A stretch of 48,293 bases of DNA, taken from positions 1 through 48,293 of IMG/VR virus record IMGVR_UViG_3300037742_000046; one strand, written 5' to 3'. Below are positions 7,697 through 15,931 of the stretch, one piece after another (position 1 is the first letter of the stretch; each line of letters opens with the position of its first letter). Below the pieces are notes generated by a model. That model was not told the DNA's origin, made no database searches, and worked only from the letters and a program-made list of their open reading frames with translations. This DNA comes from a virus (Duplodnaviria > Caudoviricetes). The position numbers and the translations under genes were made by a program.

Positions 7697-8603
7697 CACA
7701 CCGAAGAGCCTGAACGAGATCCCGGAGCGCCTTGAGCTGCCCGTGGATTCCTTCAAGGACGCTGCACCGTTTCTGCGTCGGCCGTTTACGCCGGCTGCCG
7801 TGAAGTTCAAGGTTCAGGCGACGTGGCCGAAGGACACCCCGACGGGTGGCTTGATCGTGGCGTACATCGATGCGCGACTAGCGATCGAACGCCTCAACCG
7901 GGTTTGCCCACATCTGTGGACCGATGCGTACACCCCGATCGGTAACCGGCAGATGTGGTGCCACCTCACTGTCGATGACATCACCCGTCACGACGTTGGC
8001 GAGGGCGAAGGCAAGGGCCTGGTGTCCGATGCGTTGAAGCGCGCCGCCGTCAAGTTCGGCGTTGGCGTTTCGCTGTACGCGATCCCGAAGATGATTCTGT
8101 CGACGGAGGATGGGACGGTCAAGCAGAAGCGTACGAAGGATGGGTTGACGCTTGAGATTACGCCGAAGGGCGAGAAGCAGTTGCGTGCGGTGTACGCGCA
8201 ATGGCTTGATCTGCATGGCAGCGAGGCGTTTGGCGTGCCGTTGGATCACGGTGATCTTGATGGGGCGCAGGGTGATCATGAGGTGGAGACGCCTGAGCCT
8301 GCGTCTGTGGTGCCGGCCGCTAAGGATGAGGACCCCAAGCCGATCGGGGAGGGTCCCGCCGCGGCTCTGATCCTGAACGCCGATAGTGCGGGCATCCTGC
8401 GGGATGATCTGCGTAAGGCGGTTCAGCACGCGACGGGCCGGATTTGGCCTGAGGATGCGTTTGATGATGATGTGGCGGTGCTTGAGGTTGTCGCTGGGTT
8501 CTCGGTTGCTCAGCAGAATCGCTTGGATAAGTGGATTGAGCGGAAGCGTGAGGCGGCGCAGATGGCGCTTGTGTCCGCCGATGAGCCGGGGCCGTCGTCA
8601 TGA
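7689..8603 (+). CDS. Rad52/Rad22-family single-strand annealing protein
   Basis: AYIDARLAIERLN, TRHDVG, KGLVSDALKRAAVKFGVG.SLY. Confidence 0.85.
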   Translation: MPDTPKSLNEIPERLELPVDSFKDAAPFLRRPFTPAAVKFKVQATWPKDTPTGGLIVAYIDARLAIERLNRVCPHLWTDAYTPIGNRQMWCHLTVDDITRHDVGEGEGKGLVSDALKRAAVKFGVGVSLYAIPKMILSTEDGTVKQKRTKDGLTLEITPKGEKQLRAVYAQWLDLHGSEAFGVPLDHGDLDGAQGDHEVETPEPASVVPAAKDEDPKPIGEGPAAALILNADSAGILRDDLRKAVQHATGRIWPEDAFDDDVAVLEVVAGFSVAQQNRLDKWIERKREAAQMALVSADEPGPSS

Positions 8604-8785
8604 GTCTCATGGATTCCCTTCCGGTCTACGTCACGAGGCCCGATAGTGACGGCATGATCTCTAGCTACAGCATGACGCTGTGGATGTCGCTCGGCGCGAT
8701 GATGCTCGTCTGGCTAAATATAGTTGTCTGGTGCCTTATCGGGCTCGCAGCGGCCGGTGCGATGATTGCGGGGGCGCTGCTATGA
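8600..8785 (+). CDS. Small membrane protein
   Basis: Long hydrophobic C-terminal half. Confidence 0.6.
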   Translation: MSLMDSLPVYVTRPDSDGMISSYSMTLWMSLGAMMLVWLNIVVWCLIGLAAAGAMIAGALL

Positions 8786-9279
8786 CTCAGCTTCCCGTGG
8801 TTCATCAAGGGGCTGACGTGTGTGTCGTTGAGCCGGGCACGGGCGAGCTCGTACCGCTCCGGGAGGCGTCGGACAGAGCGATCCTTGAGGCTGAGGCGCG
8901 TGTTGATGAGTTGCGTCGTGAGGTTACGGCTGCTCGGTACGCGATTGGTGCGGAGATGCGCGAGCGGTACGGCATCGGGACGAGCCGTGGAGCTGGGTTC
9001 GTTTTCAAGGTCACGGAGACGACGAACTGGCCGTTGGGGGAGACTCAGCGTGTCCTGAAGGCGCTGTTGGATGATTTCAGGATCTCGCGCGCGGATTACA
9101 ACCGGGCTCTTCCGCTGAAGCCTAAGCCTGATGCGGTGCAGATCAAGGCTTTGGTTGGTCGGTTGACGGTGGCTGATCCGAAGGCGGCTGCGGAGTTGGC
9201 GGCGTGCGCGTCGGTGTCTGCCCCGTCGATCAGGGATTTGAAGGAGGAGGCCGTGCGCGGCGAGGTCATCGAGTCATGA
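8782..9279 (+). CDS. Hypothetical protein
   Basis: ATGA overlaps. Confidence 0.65.
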   Translation: MTQLPVVHQGADVCVVEPGTGELVPLREASDRAILEAEARVDELRREVTAARYAIGAEMRERYGIGTSRGAGFVFKVTETTNWPLGETQRVLKALLDDFRISRADYNRALPLKPKPDAVQIKALVGRLTVADPKAAAELAACASVSAPSIRDLKEEAVRGEVIES

Positions 9280-9611
9280 CCCTGACGCCGGCTCAAATTG
9301 AGCAGCGGCTACAAGACATTGAGCAAGACATGGGTCTACGCGCGAATGAATACGAGCAGGCCGCCGAGGACGTTGCTCGCTGTCTACGCGCTTGGGAAAA
9401 GCGGTTTGCGTTCGCGCGCGTGAAGGCTACGGGCAGCGACGCGGATGCTCGCAAGGCCGCTGCGTTTGTCGCTGCGTTTGAGCCTGACGATCTGTTTGAG
9501 CGTCTGTCTGACGCTGAGGGGCGTCACAACGCTCAGAAAGTCGCGATGCGCACTTTGGAGAACCGGGCAACGATCGGCATGGCCCTCCTTAAGTCTGCGG
9601 GGCGGTCATGA
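9276..9611 (+). CDS. Coiled-coil hypothetical protein
   Basis: ATGA overlaps; heptad pattern. Confidence 0.65.
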   Translation: MTLTPAQIEQRLQDIEQDMGLRANEYEQAAEDVARCLRAWEKRFAFARVKATGSDADARKAAAFVAAFEPDDLFERLSDAEGRHNAQKVAMRTLENRATIGMALLKSAGRS

Positions 9612-10135
9612 TCACGACGTGCCTGGGCCGGGGTTGCCACAACCTTCTGTTGCCGCGTCATCTGCGTGGTCCGTCTTGTCGTCGTGAGGTCAAGTGGTGT
9701 TCGGAGCGGTGTCGCAAGACGAAGTACAGCGTGCCGTGCGTGGATTGCGGCACGTTGTTGAACGGCAGCGGTGGTCGCGGCCCGGATGCTGCCGTGAGAT
9801 GCGTTCAGTGCGCCAACGCCCACAACGGCGCTGATCGCAAGATCTGGACGCGTGAGGCGGTCGTGTCGGCGATGCGGGAATGGGCTGCCTTGTATGGCGA
9901 GCCGCCCGCCGAGCCGGACTGGAACCCTCATCGCGCTGACGATCTAGGCGACCCTGATCGCGCTAATCGTTTCCGGCTGGCCTATGGACGCTGGCCTTGG
10001 TTCAACACGGTCTTTAGGGCGTGGGGGTCTTGGAACGCCGCCCTCGTTGCTGCTGGTTTTGAGCCGCGGCCTGCGCATGGTGGCGGCGTGAATGTTGCGC
10101 GTCGTCGTAATCAGCGCGCGAAGGTGGCAGCATGA
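9608..10135 (+). CDS. Zinc-finger protein with homing-endonuclease-associated repeat
   Basis: WCSERC, CVDC..CVQC, WTREAVVSAMREW...WGSWNAALVAAG. Confidence 0.65.
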   Translation: MITTCLGRGCHNLLLPRHLRGPSCRREVKWCSERCRKTKYSVPCVDCGTLLNGSGGRGPDAAVRCVQCANAHNGADRKIWTREAVVSAMREWAALYGEPPAEPDWNPHRADDLGDPDRANRFRLAYGRWPWFNTVFRAWGSWNAALVAAGFEPRPAHGGGVNVARRRNQRAKVAA

Positions 10136-10311
10136 CCACGGAAGATGCGTTGCGAAAGATCATGGACGCACGGCTGGTTGCCGATGAGGTTCGTGTAGCC
10201 ATGATCGATGGCTGGAAGACCGATCGGGATCGCGATCAGTTCGCGGCCCGACTGACGGAAGCAGGTTTGCAGTTGACGTTCGCGGCCACGGATTTGCAGT
10301 TGCGTAGTTAG
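10132..10311 (+). CDS. 59-aa hypothetical protein
   Basis: ATGA overlap. Confidence 0.5.
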   Translation: MTTEDALRKIMDARLVADEVRVAMIDGWKTDRDRDQFAARLTEAGLQLTFAATDLQLRS

Positions 10312-10369
10312 GGACTCCGCCCGCCAGGAACGGTGGGCTGGTTATCAACGATGGAAAGGGGACGGACTG

Positions 10370-10675
10370 ATGGCGACGGTTACGAAGGAGCGTGTGGGCC
10401 GCGGTGGGTTTCGCGGGTCACCGATCACTAGCTGGTGTGGGAGCTGCCGGGACTGGGTTGTCCGCTTGAACAACGGGGAGTGCGGGTGGTGCGGCGCCCA
10501 CGAGAGACCCAAGAAGCAGCCCTCGAAGAAGGACCAGCGGGCGCGTGCGTCAGCGCAGGTCGACGCTGAGGTAGCGCGGCTCAGGGCGTTGGGGTTCACG
10601 CATCGGGAGATCGGTCAGCGGTTGTTTATGCATGAGCGCAAGGTGCGTGACCGGTTGGCGCGGGTGGCGGCATGA
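10370..10675 (+). CDS. Zinc ribbon + HTH protein
   Basis: CGSC..CGWC and GFTHREIGQRLFMHERKVRDRL. Confidence 0.7.
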   Translation: MATVTKERVGRGGFRGSPITSWCGSCRDWVVRLNNGECGWCGAHERPKKQPSKKDQRARASAQVDAEVARLRALGFTHREIGQRLFMHERKVRDRLARVAA

Positions 10676-10920
10676 GCAGCTTGCGTCCGATCCCTGGGTT
10701 GTCGCTGCGAGCGGTGGTTGTTGAGGGGCCGTCCCCGTTCATGGCGGTCCATGACGCCGATGGTGTGGTGTCGTTCGCTGAGCTGTTCGACCCGATGTGC
10801 GTTTCGGATGAGAGTTGGGATGCTCGTGAGGAGCGTCGTGCGGTTGTGAGGGATCGTTGGGAGTCGTGGTTGGCGTCGAAGGACGCTGATTACGAGGGCC
10901 CGGACGGACTGATCGCATGA
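10672..10920 (+). CDS. Hypothetical protein
   Basis: ATGA overlaps. Confidence 0.6.
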   Translation: MSSLRPIPGLSLRAVVVEGPSPFMAVHDADGVVSFAELFDPMCVSDESWDAREERRAVVRDRWESWLASKDADYEGPDGLIA

Positions 10921-11279
10921 GCTATCCGATGACGCTGGATGACATGGCGCGCAGCATCCATGAGCAGAACCGCGCCAAAGGCTTTTACGACCGCGAACGA
11001 CTCGTTGTAAAGGATCCGGTGACGGGCGATGTGGAGGGCAGGCCGGTCAATCCGTCCCTGCCGTCAGAGAAGTTGCTGTTGATCTGTTCGGAGGTCTGTG
11101 AGGCGCAGGACGCTCTACGCAACAACGATCAGGCGAACGAGGCTGAGGAGATCGCGGACATACTGATCCGCACGCTCGACTACGCGGCATGGCGAGGTAT
11201 CAACCTGGACCGTGAGGTGTGGGCGAAGGTCGGCAAGAACCGCGATCGGCCCGATCTCCACGGCCGCAAGGGGTTCTGA
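10917..11279 (+). CDS. MazG-like NTP pyrophosphohydrolase
   Basis: KLLLICSEVCEAQDALR...EEIADILIRTLD...KVGKNRDRP..HG. Confidence 0.82.
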   Translation: MSYPMTLDDMARSIHEQNRAKGFYDRERLVVKDPVTGDVEGRPVNPSLPSEKLLLICSEVCEAQDALRNNDQANEAEEIADILIRTLDYAAWRGINLDREVWAKVGKNRDRPDLHGRKGF

Positions 11280-11283
11280 GCGC

Positions 11284-11613
11284 ATGGCCACTGAGCCGCG
11301 TTGCTTCTTCGCGGACTGGGATGTTGGCCCGTGCGATGGGCAGCTAGTCCGAGCTCACCTCGTGAAACGTCAGGCACTGAGGCGAGCTGGCCATGCGGAG
11401 GCGATCACTGACCCGCGGTCCTTCGTGTGGTGCTGCGGCGGCCCCCAGGGCAACGGAGGGCACCACGGCAAACTTGATAGTGGACAGCTACGCGTCGGCA
11501 TCGAGCGGCTCCCCCTGGGGTTCGTTGAGCTAATGCGGGAGCTGTCGATGACGCACTACATCGTGAAGTTCTATGGGCGCCCACGGTCAGCGCGGTTGGA
11601 GCGCATCGGGTGA
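11284..11613 (+). CDS. Divergent HNH-fold (His-Me finger) protein
   Basis: C...CDGQLVRAHLV...WCC...HHGKLD. Confidence 0.5.
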   Translation: MATEPRCFFADWDVGPCDGQLVRAHLVKRQALRRAGHAEAITDPRSFVWCCGGPQGNGGHHGKLDSGQLRVGIERLPLGFVELMRELSMTHYIVKFYGRPRSARLERIG

Positions 11614-12071
11614 GCCCTATCAACTCGCGCAAGGCAACGTGGTTGGGTTTCGATGCTTACGACGTTGAGGACCACGACTACAAGACGGCATGTTGGATCT
11701 ATCACAAGAAGCCGGCACGCCGTGGATACCGACAGATGTGGATGGAGGATGGACGGCAAATACCTGCTCATCGTGCGTTCTACGAACATCATGTTGGGCT
11801 GATCCCTGACGGTCTTCAGATCGACCATTTGTGCGGAATCACATCGTGCGTCAATCCGACGCATCTAGAGCCGGTTACGGCTCGGGAGAACAACCGCCGA
11901 AGCCGTTCCCCGTCTGCGCTCAATGCACTGAAGACCCATTGCAAGCGTGGTCATCCGTTCGATGAAGCCAACACCTATCGGGCAAGCAACGGACAGCGTG
12001 TCTGCCGGAAGTGCATGGCAGCTCATCAGCGGGCTTATCAGGTCCGCAAGCGCGAGCGGAATGCTGCATGA
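11610..12071 (+). CDS. HNH homing endonuclease
   Basis: CW..AHRAFY..IDHLC...CVNPTHLEPVT..EN; KTHCKRGHPF...CRKC. Confidence 0.9.
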   Translation: MSPINSRKATWLGFDAYDVEDHDYKTACWIYHKKPARRGYRQMWMEDGRQIPAHRAFYEHHVGLIPDGLQIDHLCGITSCVNPTHLEPVTARENNRRSRSPSALNALKTHCKRGHPFDEANTYRASNGQRVCRKCMAAHQRAYQVRKRERNAA

Positions 12072-12391
12072 GTCCCTTGAACAGTAGGCAAAAGGGCAAG
12101 AAAGCGGAGCAGGAGTTCATCAACAAGCATCTGCGTCCGTACTGGCCGGAAGCGGCCCGTAACATCGATCAGTTCCGCGACGACAAACGCGATGTCCTCG
12201 CCGTCAATGGCGTTCATTGGCAGATCAAGCGTGTGGAGTCCCTGAACATTTGGGCTGCGCTTGCTCAGGCTGAGGCGGAGTCGTCGCCATTGGATATCCC
12301 GGTGGTCGCGTTTCGGCGCAACTTGGGCAAGTGGTATGCGGCGTTGCCGGCTGATGAGTTGATCGCGCTGCTGCGGTTGAAAGACTCATGA
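12068..12391 (+). CDS. Holliday junction resolvase, PD-(D/E)XK type
   Basis: NSRQKGKKAEQE...D...QIKR...AQAE..PVVAFRRN..W. Confidence 0.75.
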   Translation: MSPLNSRQKGKKAEQEFINKHLRPYWPEAARNIDQFRDDKRDVLAVNGVHWQIKRVESLNIWAALAQAEAESSPLDIPVVAFRRNLGKWYAALPADELIALLRLKDS

Positions 12392-12454
12392 ACGAGGCGG
12401 GGCGCCCCTCCCAGAAGCGCCCCGCGATGACCAACCGAAGGGAAGTGTATAGCG

Positions 12455-12631
12455 ATGGCCGCGAAAACCCTTGGATCGACACGAACGGTCGTGTCGGTGT
12501 ACACCGTCGAGATTGACGGGGAGGTCAGGTACACGGGCGAGACTTGGTCGGACGCGAAGGATTGGCGGCGTGGGCAGAAGAACCCTCGCGCTGTGATCAG
12601 GCGTGTTGACGTAGACAAGTCTCCGGGCTGA
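12455..12631 (+). CDS. 58-aa hypothetical protein
   Basis: GAAGGGA RBS; MAAKTLGSTRTVVSVYTVEIDGEVRYTGETW... Confidence 0.55.
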   Translation: MAAKTLGSTRTVVSVYTVEIDGEVRYTGETWSDAKDWRRGQKNPRAVIRRVDVDKSPG

Positions 12632-12689
12632 TGCGACCTAGGCGTAACTGTTACGCGGCGCGCGAAACGGATCTGTCGGGCGCCTGCCA

Positions 12690-12768
12690 TAGGATCCGAG
12701 GCCACCAAAGGAACGGCCCCGCACGCCGTAAACGTCGGGGCCACGGCACAGGAGGAGTGTGGCCCCCC
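12690..12768 (+). promoter_or_regulatory. -10 box plus bulged-C leader hairpin (motif copy 2)
   Basis: TAGGAT...GGCCCCG-C-ACG ccgtaaa CGT CGGGGCC ACGGC ACA GGAGGA. Confidence 0.65.
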
Positions 12769-13254
12769 ATGCTTGACGCACAATACCGGACATGCATCTG
12801 GTGCTACAGCAACCTAGGCGAACGTCGCCGTGGTCGCTACTGCTGTAGCGGATGCAAGGAGGCATCGGAGTCCGCCTCTTCATGCGAGTACTGCGGCGAA
12901 CCAGCGCAGGCACGCGACCACGTAGTCCCGCGCGCGTTCCGCTACATGATGGAAGGCAGTCGCGAGCTTGAGATTCTGCTCGCCCGTATGCCGGACACGG
13001 TGCCCTCGTGCCATCAGTGCAACAGCATCGCTGGCGCCCAGGTCTTCCAGTCGCTAGATGAGAAGCGCGAGCACATCCAAACACGGTTGCGCGAGAAGTA
13101 CCGCAAGGTGCTTTACATGCGGAAATGGGACGACGACGAACTTGATGAGCTAGAGGGCCGCTTGCGTCAATCGATGGCGGCCGCGGAGGCTCAGCGCCGA
13201 ATTATGTTCTCGCGCGTGACGTGGCCAGGGAACGCTGAGACCGGAAAGGGATAG
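12769..13254 (+). CDS. HNH endonuclease (McrA-like zinc type)
   Basis: CEYCGEPAQARDHVVPR...TVPSCHQCN. Confidence 0.8.
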   Translation: MLDAQYRTCIWCYSNLGERRRGRYCCSGCKEASESASSCEYCGEPAQARDHVVPRAFRYMMEGSRELEILLARMPDTVPSCHQCNSIAGAQVFQSLDEKREHIQTRLREKYRKVLYMRKWDDDELDELEGRLRQSMAAAEAQRRIMFSRVTWPGNAETGKG

Positions 13255-13256
13255 CC

Positions 13257-13637
13257 GTGGACGAAATTTGCATGGATTCCGCGCAGAACGTCTTTGTGAC
13301 GGCGCAGAACGAAACTCAGCCCGTTGTGCGGGGCTGCGATTGGTGCAAGCGTCGGATCAAGGGAAAGCGGCCTGATGCGAAGTACTGCTCGGATGCGTGC
13401 CGGATGGCTGCGTATCGCTCGCGCCATGATCCGGCCGGTGCGCCGTATCGTCCTGACCTTCGTCCCCGGGCGAGCGGTAGGCAGGTGTCGTACCGAAAGG
13501 CTGTTGATGTGGTCGAAGCGGTGTTGGTGGAGTGCGGTCATCCTCGCTCGGATGCGACGCGGGTTCTTGCTGAGCGGTGGATGCGTGATGCGTTGCCTGA
13601 GCGTCAACGAGCTCGCGCGCGTGTAACAGATGCCTGA
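13257..13637 (+). CDS. Zinc-finger protein (CxxC...YCSxAC type)
   Basis: CDWCKRRIKGKRPDAKYCSDACRMAAYR. Confidence 0.7.
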   Translation: MDEICMDSAQNVFVTAQNETQPVVRGCDWCKRRIKGKRPDAKYCSDACRMAAYRSRHDPAGAPYRPDLRPRASGRQVSYRKAVDVVEAVLVECGHPRSDATRVLAERWMRDALPERQRARARVTDA

Positions 13638-14151
13638 ACCAGAGCGGCACCTCAGGGTCGTTGAGCACGACGAGCACGGCGAGGTCATCGCTCCGACATG
13701 CAAGGACTGCCAACGCCGGCTGGACGAGATAGCGGGCCTTGAGAGATCGATCAGAGGATGGGCTGTCCGCTACCGCGAGCTAGAACGCGACAAAGCCCAA
13801 GAAGCTGAAGAACACCCATGCTGGGAAGCGGGGCGTTGGCTTTTTGCGTATTGGAAGCGGGCTTGTCTGCATCCGCGTGCCCGTTGGTCGCATGATCGCT
13901 TCTGGTTGGTTGAGCCGTTCTTGGTGCATGAGAAGTGGGGGAAGTCGTTGAAGGCGCGTGTTGCGTTGTGCCGGCTTGCTGTGGATGGTGCGGCGTTCGA
14001 TGCGTTTGAGGTCAAGCGGAAGAATGGTTCGCGGAAGCGGTTTGATGAGTTTGACCGCATCTATGGGTCTACTGGTTCCTTTGAGGACTTCTGTAAGCGG
14101 GCGCCGGCTGACGCTGTTGCGCGCTGCAGAGCCGCGCGGGGCGAGTCCTGA
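13630..14151 (+). CDS. Possible replication-initiator C-terminal-like domain protein
   Basis: LFAYWK...AVDG...NG..KRFDEFDRIY....EDF resembles phage replisome-organiser C-termini (recall only). Confidence 0.45.
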   Translation: MPEPERHLRVVEHDEHGEVIAPTCKDCQRRLDEIAGLERSIRGWAVRYRELERDKAQEAEEHPCWEAGRWLFAYWKRACLHPRARWSHDRFWLVEPFLVHEKWGKSLKARVALCRLAVDGAAFDAFEVKRKNGSRKRFDEFDRIYGSTGSFEDFCKRAPADAVARCRAARGES

Positions 14152-14318
14152 TGTATCTGGGACCCGTGGAGCGTGTGGTGTGGGAGGAGATGGACAAGCT
14201 TGATGCTGTTGAGTTGTTGGCGTGGTTGCGTGGCCGGGTGTGGGAGTTGGAGGGCCTTGTGCGGTTCCGGGAGTTCGAGCGCGACCAAGCGTATGCCGTG
14301 ATCGAGGCGCTGCGATGA
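14151..14318 (+). CDS. 55-aa hypothetical protein
   Basis: TGATG and ATGA coupling. Confidence 0.55.
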   Translation: MYLGPVERVVWEEMDKLDAVELLAWLRGRVWELEGLVRFREFERDQAYAVIEALR

Positions 14319-14875
14319 TTGGTCATGACCCTCTAACCAGTCAAGACCGGAAGTTGCGTGGTGCGATCGCTGATCCACCGTACATTGGGCAGGCAGCGAA
14401 GCATTACGCTGATCATCCAGCTTTCGCGGGCGAAGTCGATCACGGCGAACTTGTGCAACGACTGATGAGCTATGACTGTTGGGCGCTCTGCCTCCATTCC
14501 CCAGCGCTACACATTTGCCTTGACCACTGCCGCGACCAAGGATTGAGTCTGATGGACAGCGATATCCGCGTGTTGTCGTGGGTCAAGCCGTTCGCTGCCT
14601 TCAAACGCAACGTGCGGGTTGCGTACGCGTGGGAGCCCGTGATCGTCAAGGTTGCCGACAGACTGCCGGGCGCCATTCCTACACGGGACTTTATTGCCGA
14701 GTCGATCACACTTCAGAAAGGGTTGACTGGCGCGAAGCCTGAGAAGTGGTCGGTGTGGCTATTCGGCGTGATGGGATTGCGCCCAACCGATGATCTGGAT
14801 GACTTGTTCCCCGGGTCTAACGCGGTGTCAGCGGCTTGGGATGCGTGGGCTGGCACGATGCCGTTGAGCGTATGA
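14315..14875 (+). CDS. Compact amino-DNA methyltransferase (beta-like motif order)
   Basis: ADPPY (motif IV) near the N-terminus, AKPE, DDLFPGS (motif I-like) near the C-terminus. Confidence 0.75.
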   Translation: MIGHDPLTSQDRKLRGAIADPPYIGQAAKHYADHPAFAGEVDHGELVQRLMSYDCWALCLHSPALHICLDHCRDQGLSLMDSDIRVLSWVKPFAAFKRNVRVAYAWEPVIVKVADRLPGAIPTRDFIAESITLQKGLTGAKPEKWSVWLFGVMGLRPTDDLDDLFPGSNAVSAAWDAWAGTMPLSV

Positions 14876-15093
14876 GGTACGGTTCGGATTGGGTACCGCC
14901 GTGGCGGGAGATCGTGCAGGTTATGTGCCGGTCGGGGCAGGACTGCTCGCTACCACCGCCCGCGCTTGTGATTGCGAGCACTACTCGGTCTGGCTTTTGC
15001 GCGGATTGCGCGCACAGGCTTAGGATCCCGTTGAACGACGACGGTCCCGGCGTGGCTGATCAGCTCAGCTTGCCGGGACCGTGGGGCGCTTGA
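14872..15093 (+). CDS. Hypothetical Cys protein
   Basis: ATGA overlap; C..C...CADC. Confidence 0.55.
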   Translation: MRYGSDWVPPWREIVQVMCRSGQDCSLPPPALVIASTTRSGFCADCAHRLRIPLNDDGPGVADQLSLPGPWGA

Positions 15094-15117
15094 GGCATCT
15101 CAGCCCGAGCGCGTGTG

Positions 15118-15240
15118 TCAGCCGTAGTGCCAATCGTCCGGGCCATCGTCATCGTCACCCCAAGCGGTTGCGATAGCCAGCAGAACGTACGGGAGCAGAA
15201 AAAGGGCTGCGAACCCGGCGACGACGCCTAGGTTAGTCAT
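15118..15240 (-). CDS. 40-aa TM microprotein with acidic tail
   Basis: MTNLGVVAGFAALFLLPYVLLAIATAWGDDDDGPDDWHYG. Confidence 0.55.
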   Translation of the reverse strand: MTNLGVVAGFAALFLLPYVLLAIATAWGDDDDGPDDWHYG

Positions 15241-15568
15241 CGCGGCTCACGTCCAAGAACGCGAGGCTCGCGGCTTTGATTTCGAGGTCGCGTAGCGTGT
15301 CGACGCTCGTGCACCCGCCGGCTGGGGTGTGTGTTAGGAGTTCTCGGATGCCGCGGAGGGCTTCAGCGATGATCGCCAGCTCTTCAGCGCTAAATTGATC
15401 AGCGAAAAGGGGCCTGAGGATCGCTTCGGCAGTCTCGCGAACCATGATCTGCTCCATTGGTTCAGTGTCCGGTTCGTCGGAGTCATCCAGCGCGTTTCCC
15501 CAGCGCATATTGATCTCGTGTACGGCGTCATCGACGAGTGCTACCCATCGGCTTGTCTGGGTGGTCAT
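15233..15568 (-). CDS. Hypothetical protein
   Basis: Part of a coupled leftward operon. Confidence 0.65.
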   Translation of the reverse strand: MTTQTSRWVALVDDAVHEINMRWGNALDDSDEPDTEPMEQIMVRETAEAILRPLFADQFSAEELAIIAEALRGIRELLTHTPAGGCTSVDTLRDLEIKAASLAFLDVSRDD

Positions 15569-15572
15569 GGCT

Positions 15573-15779
15573 TCACGTCCTGAGTTGGTTTCGGAGGTTG
15601 TCGATACGCGACGCGAGATCATCAACCTCGTCGTAAATGTCGCCTAGTCCTAAAATGTCGCCTAGTTCTAGTGTGGGGCCGCCCAGATGTTCGGTGCTGT
15701 AGACCGTTTCCAGTAGTGCAGTGCGCAGCTTCACAGCGTGTTCGTACGCGTCGTCCAGCGACCCTTTGAGGCCGGTCAT
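15573..15779 (-). CDS. Hypothetical protein
   Basis: ATGA overlap with the upstream micro-ORF. Confidence 0.6.
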   Translation of the reverse strand: MTGLKGSLDDAYEHAVKLRTALLETVYSTEHLGGPTLELGDILGLGDIYDEVDDLASRIDNLRNQLRT

Positions 15780-15883
15780 GTCAGCCACCAGATCAGTGCG
15801 GCGACAGGGAGGGTGGCGTAGGTGCCCCCAAAGCCGATCAGGACCCAGTCGAGTCGGCGGGATGGATGGTCTGTAGATGCCAT
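15776..15883 (-). CDS. 35-aa TM microprotein (leaderless)
   Basis: MASTDHPSRRLDWVLIGFGGTYATLPVAALIWWLT, 8 nt after TAGACT. Confidence 0.6.
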   Translation of the reverse strand: MASTDHPSRRLDWVLIGFGGTYATLPVAALIWWLT

Positions 15884-15891
15884 GCCGCAGA

Positions 15892-15924
15892 AGTCTACAC
15901 ATGTTGATGCGCATGTGCAATACT
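15892..15924. promoter_or_regulatory. Overlapping divergent promoters with inverted-repeat operator
   Basis: Leftward TTGCAC-N17-TAGACT; rightward TG-n-AATACT before ATG 15932; CACATG-N8-CATGTG in between. Confidence 0.65.
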
Positions 15925-15931
15925 AGGGAGC

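Noticed and set aside
12715-12747. Loop-to-3' pseudoknot (GCCGT/ACGGC) as a general property of the leader motif
   Set aside because: Perfect only in this copy, weak in the other three, and sterically doubtful with no linker
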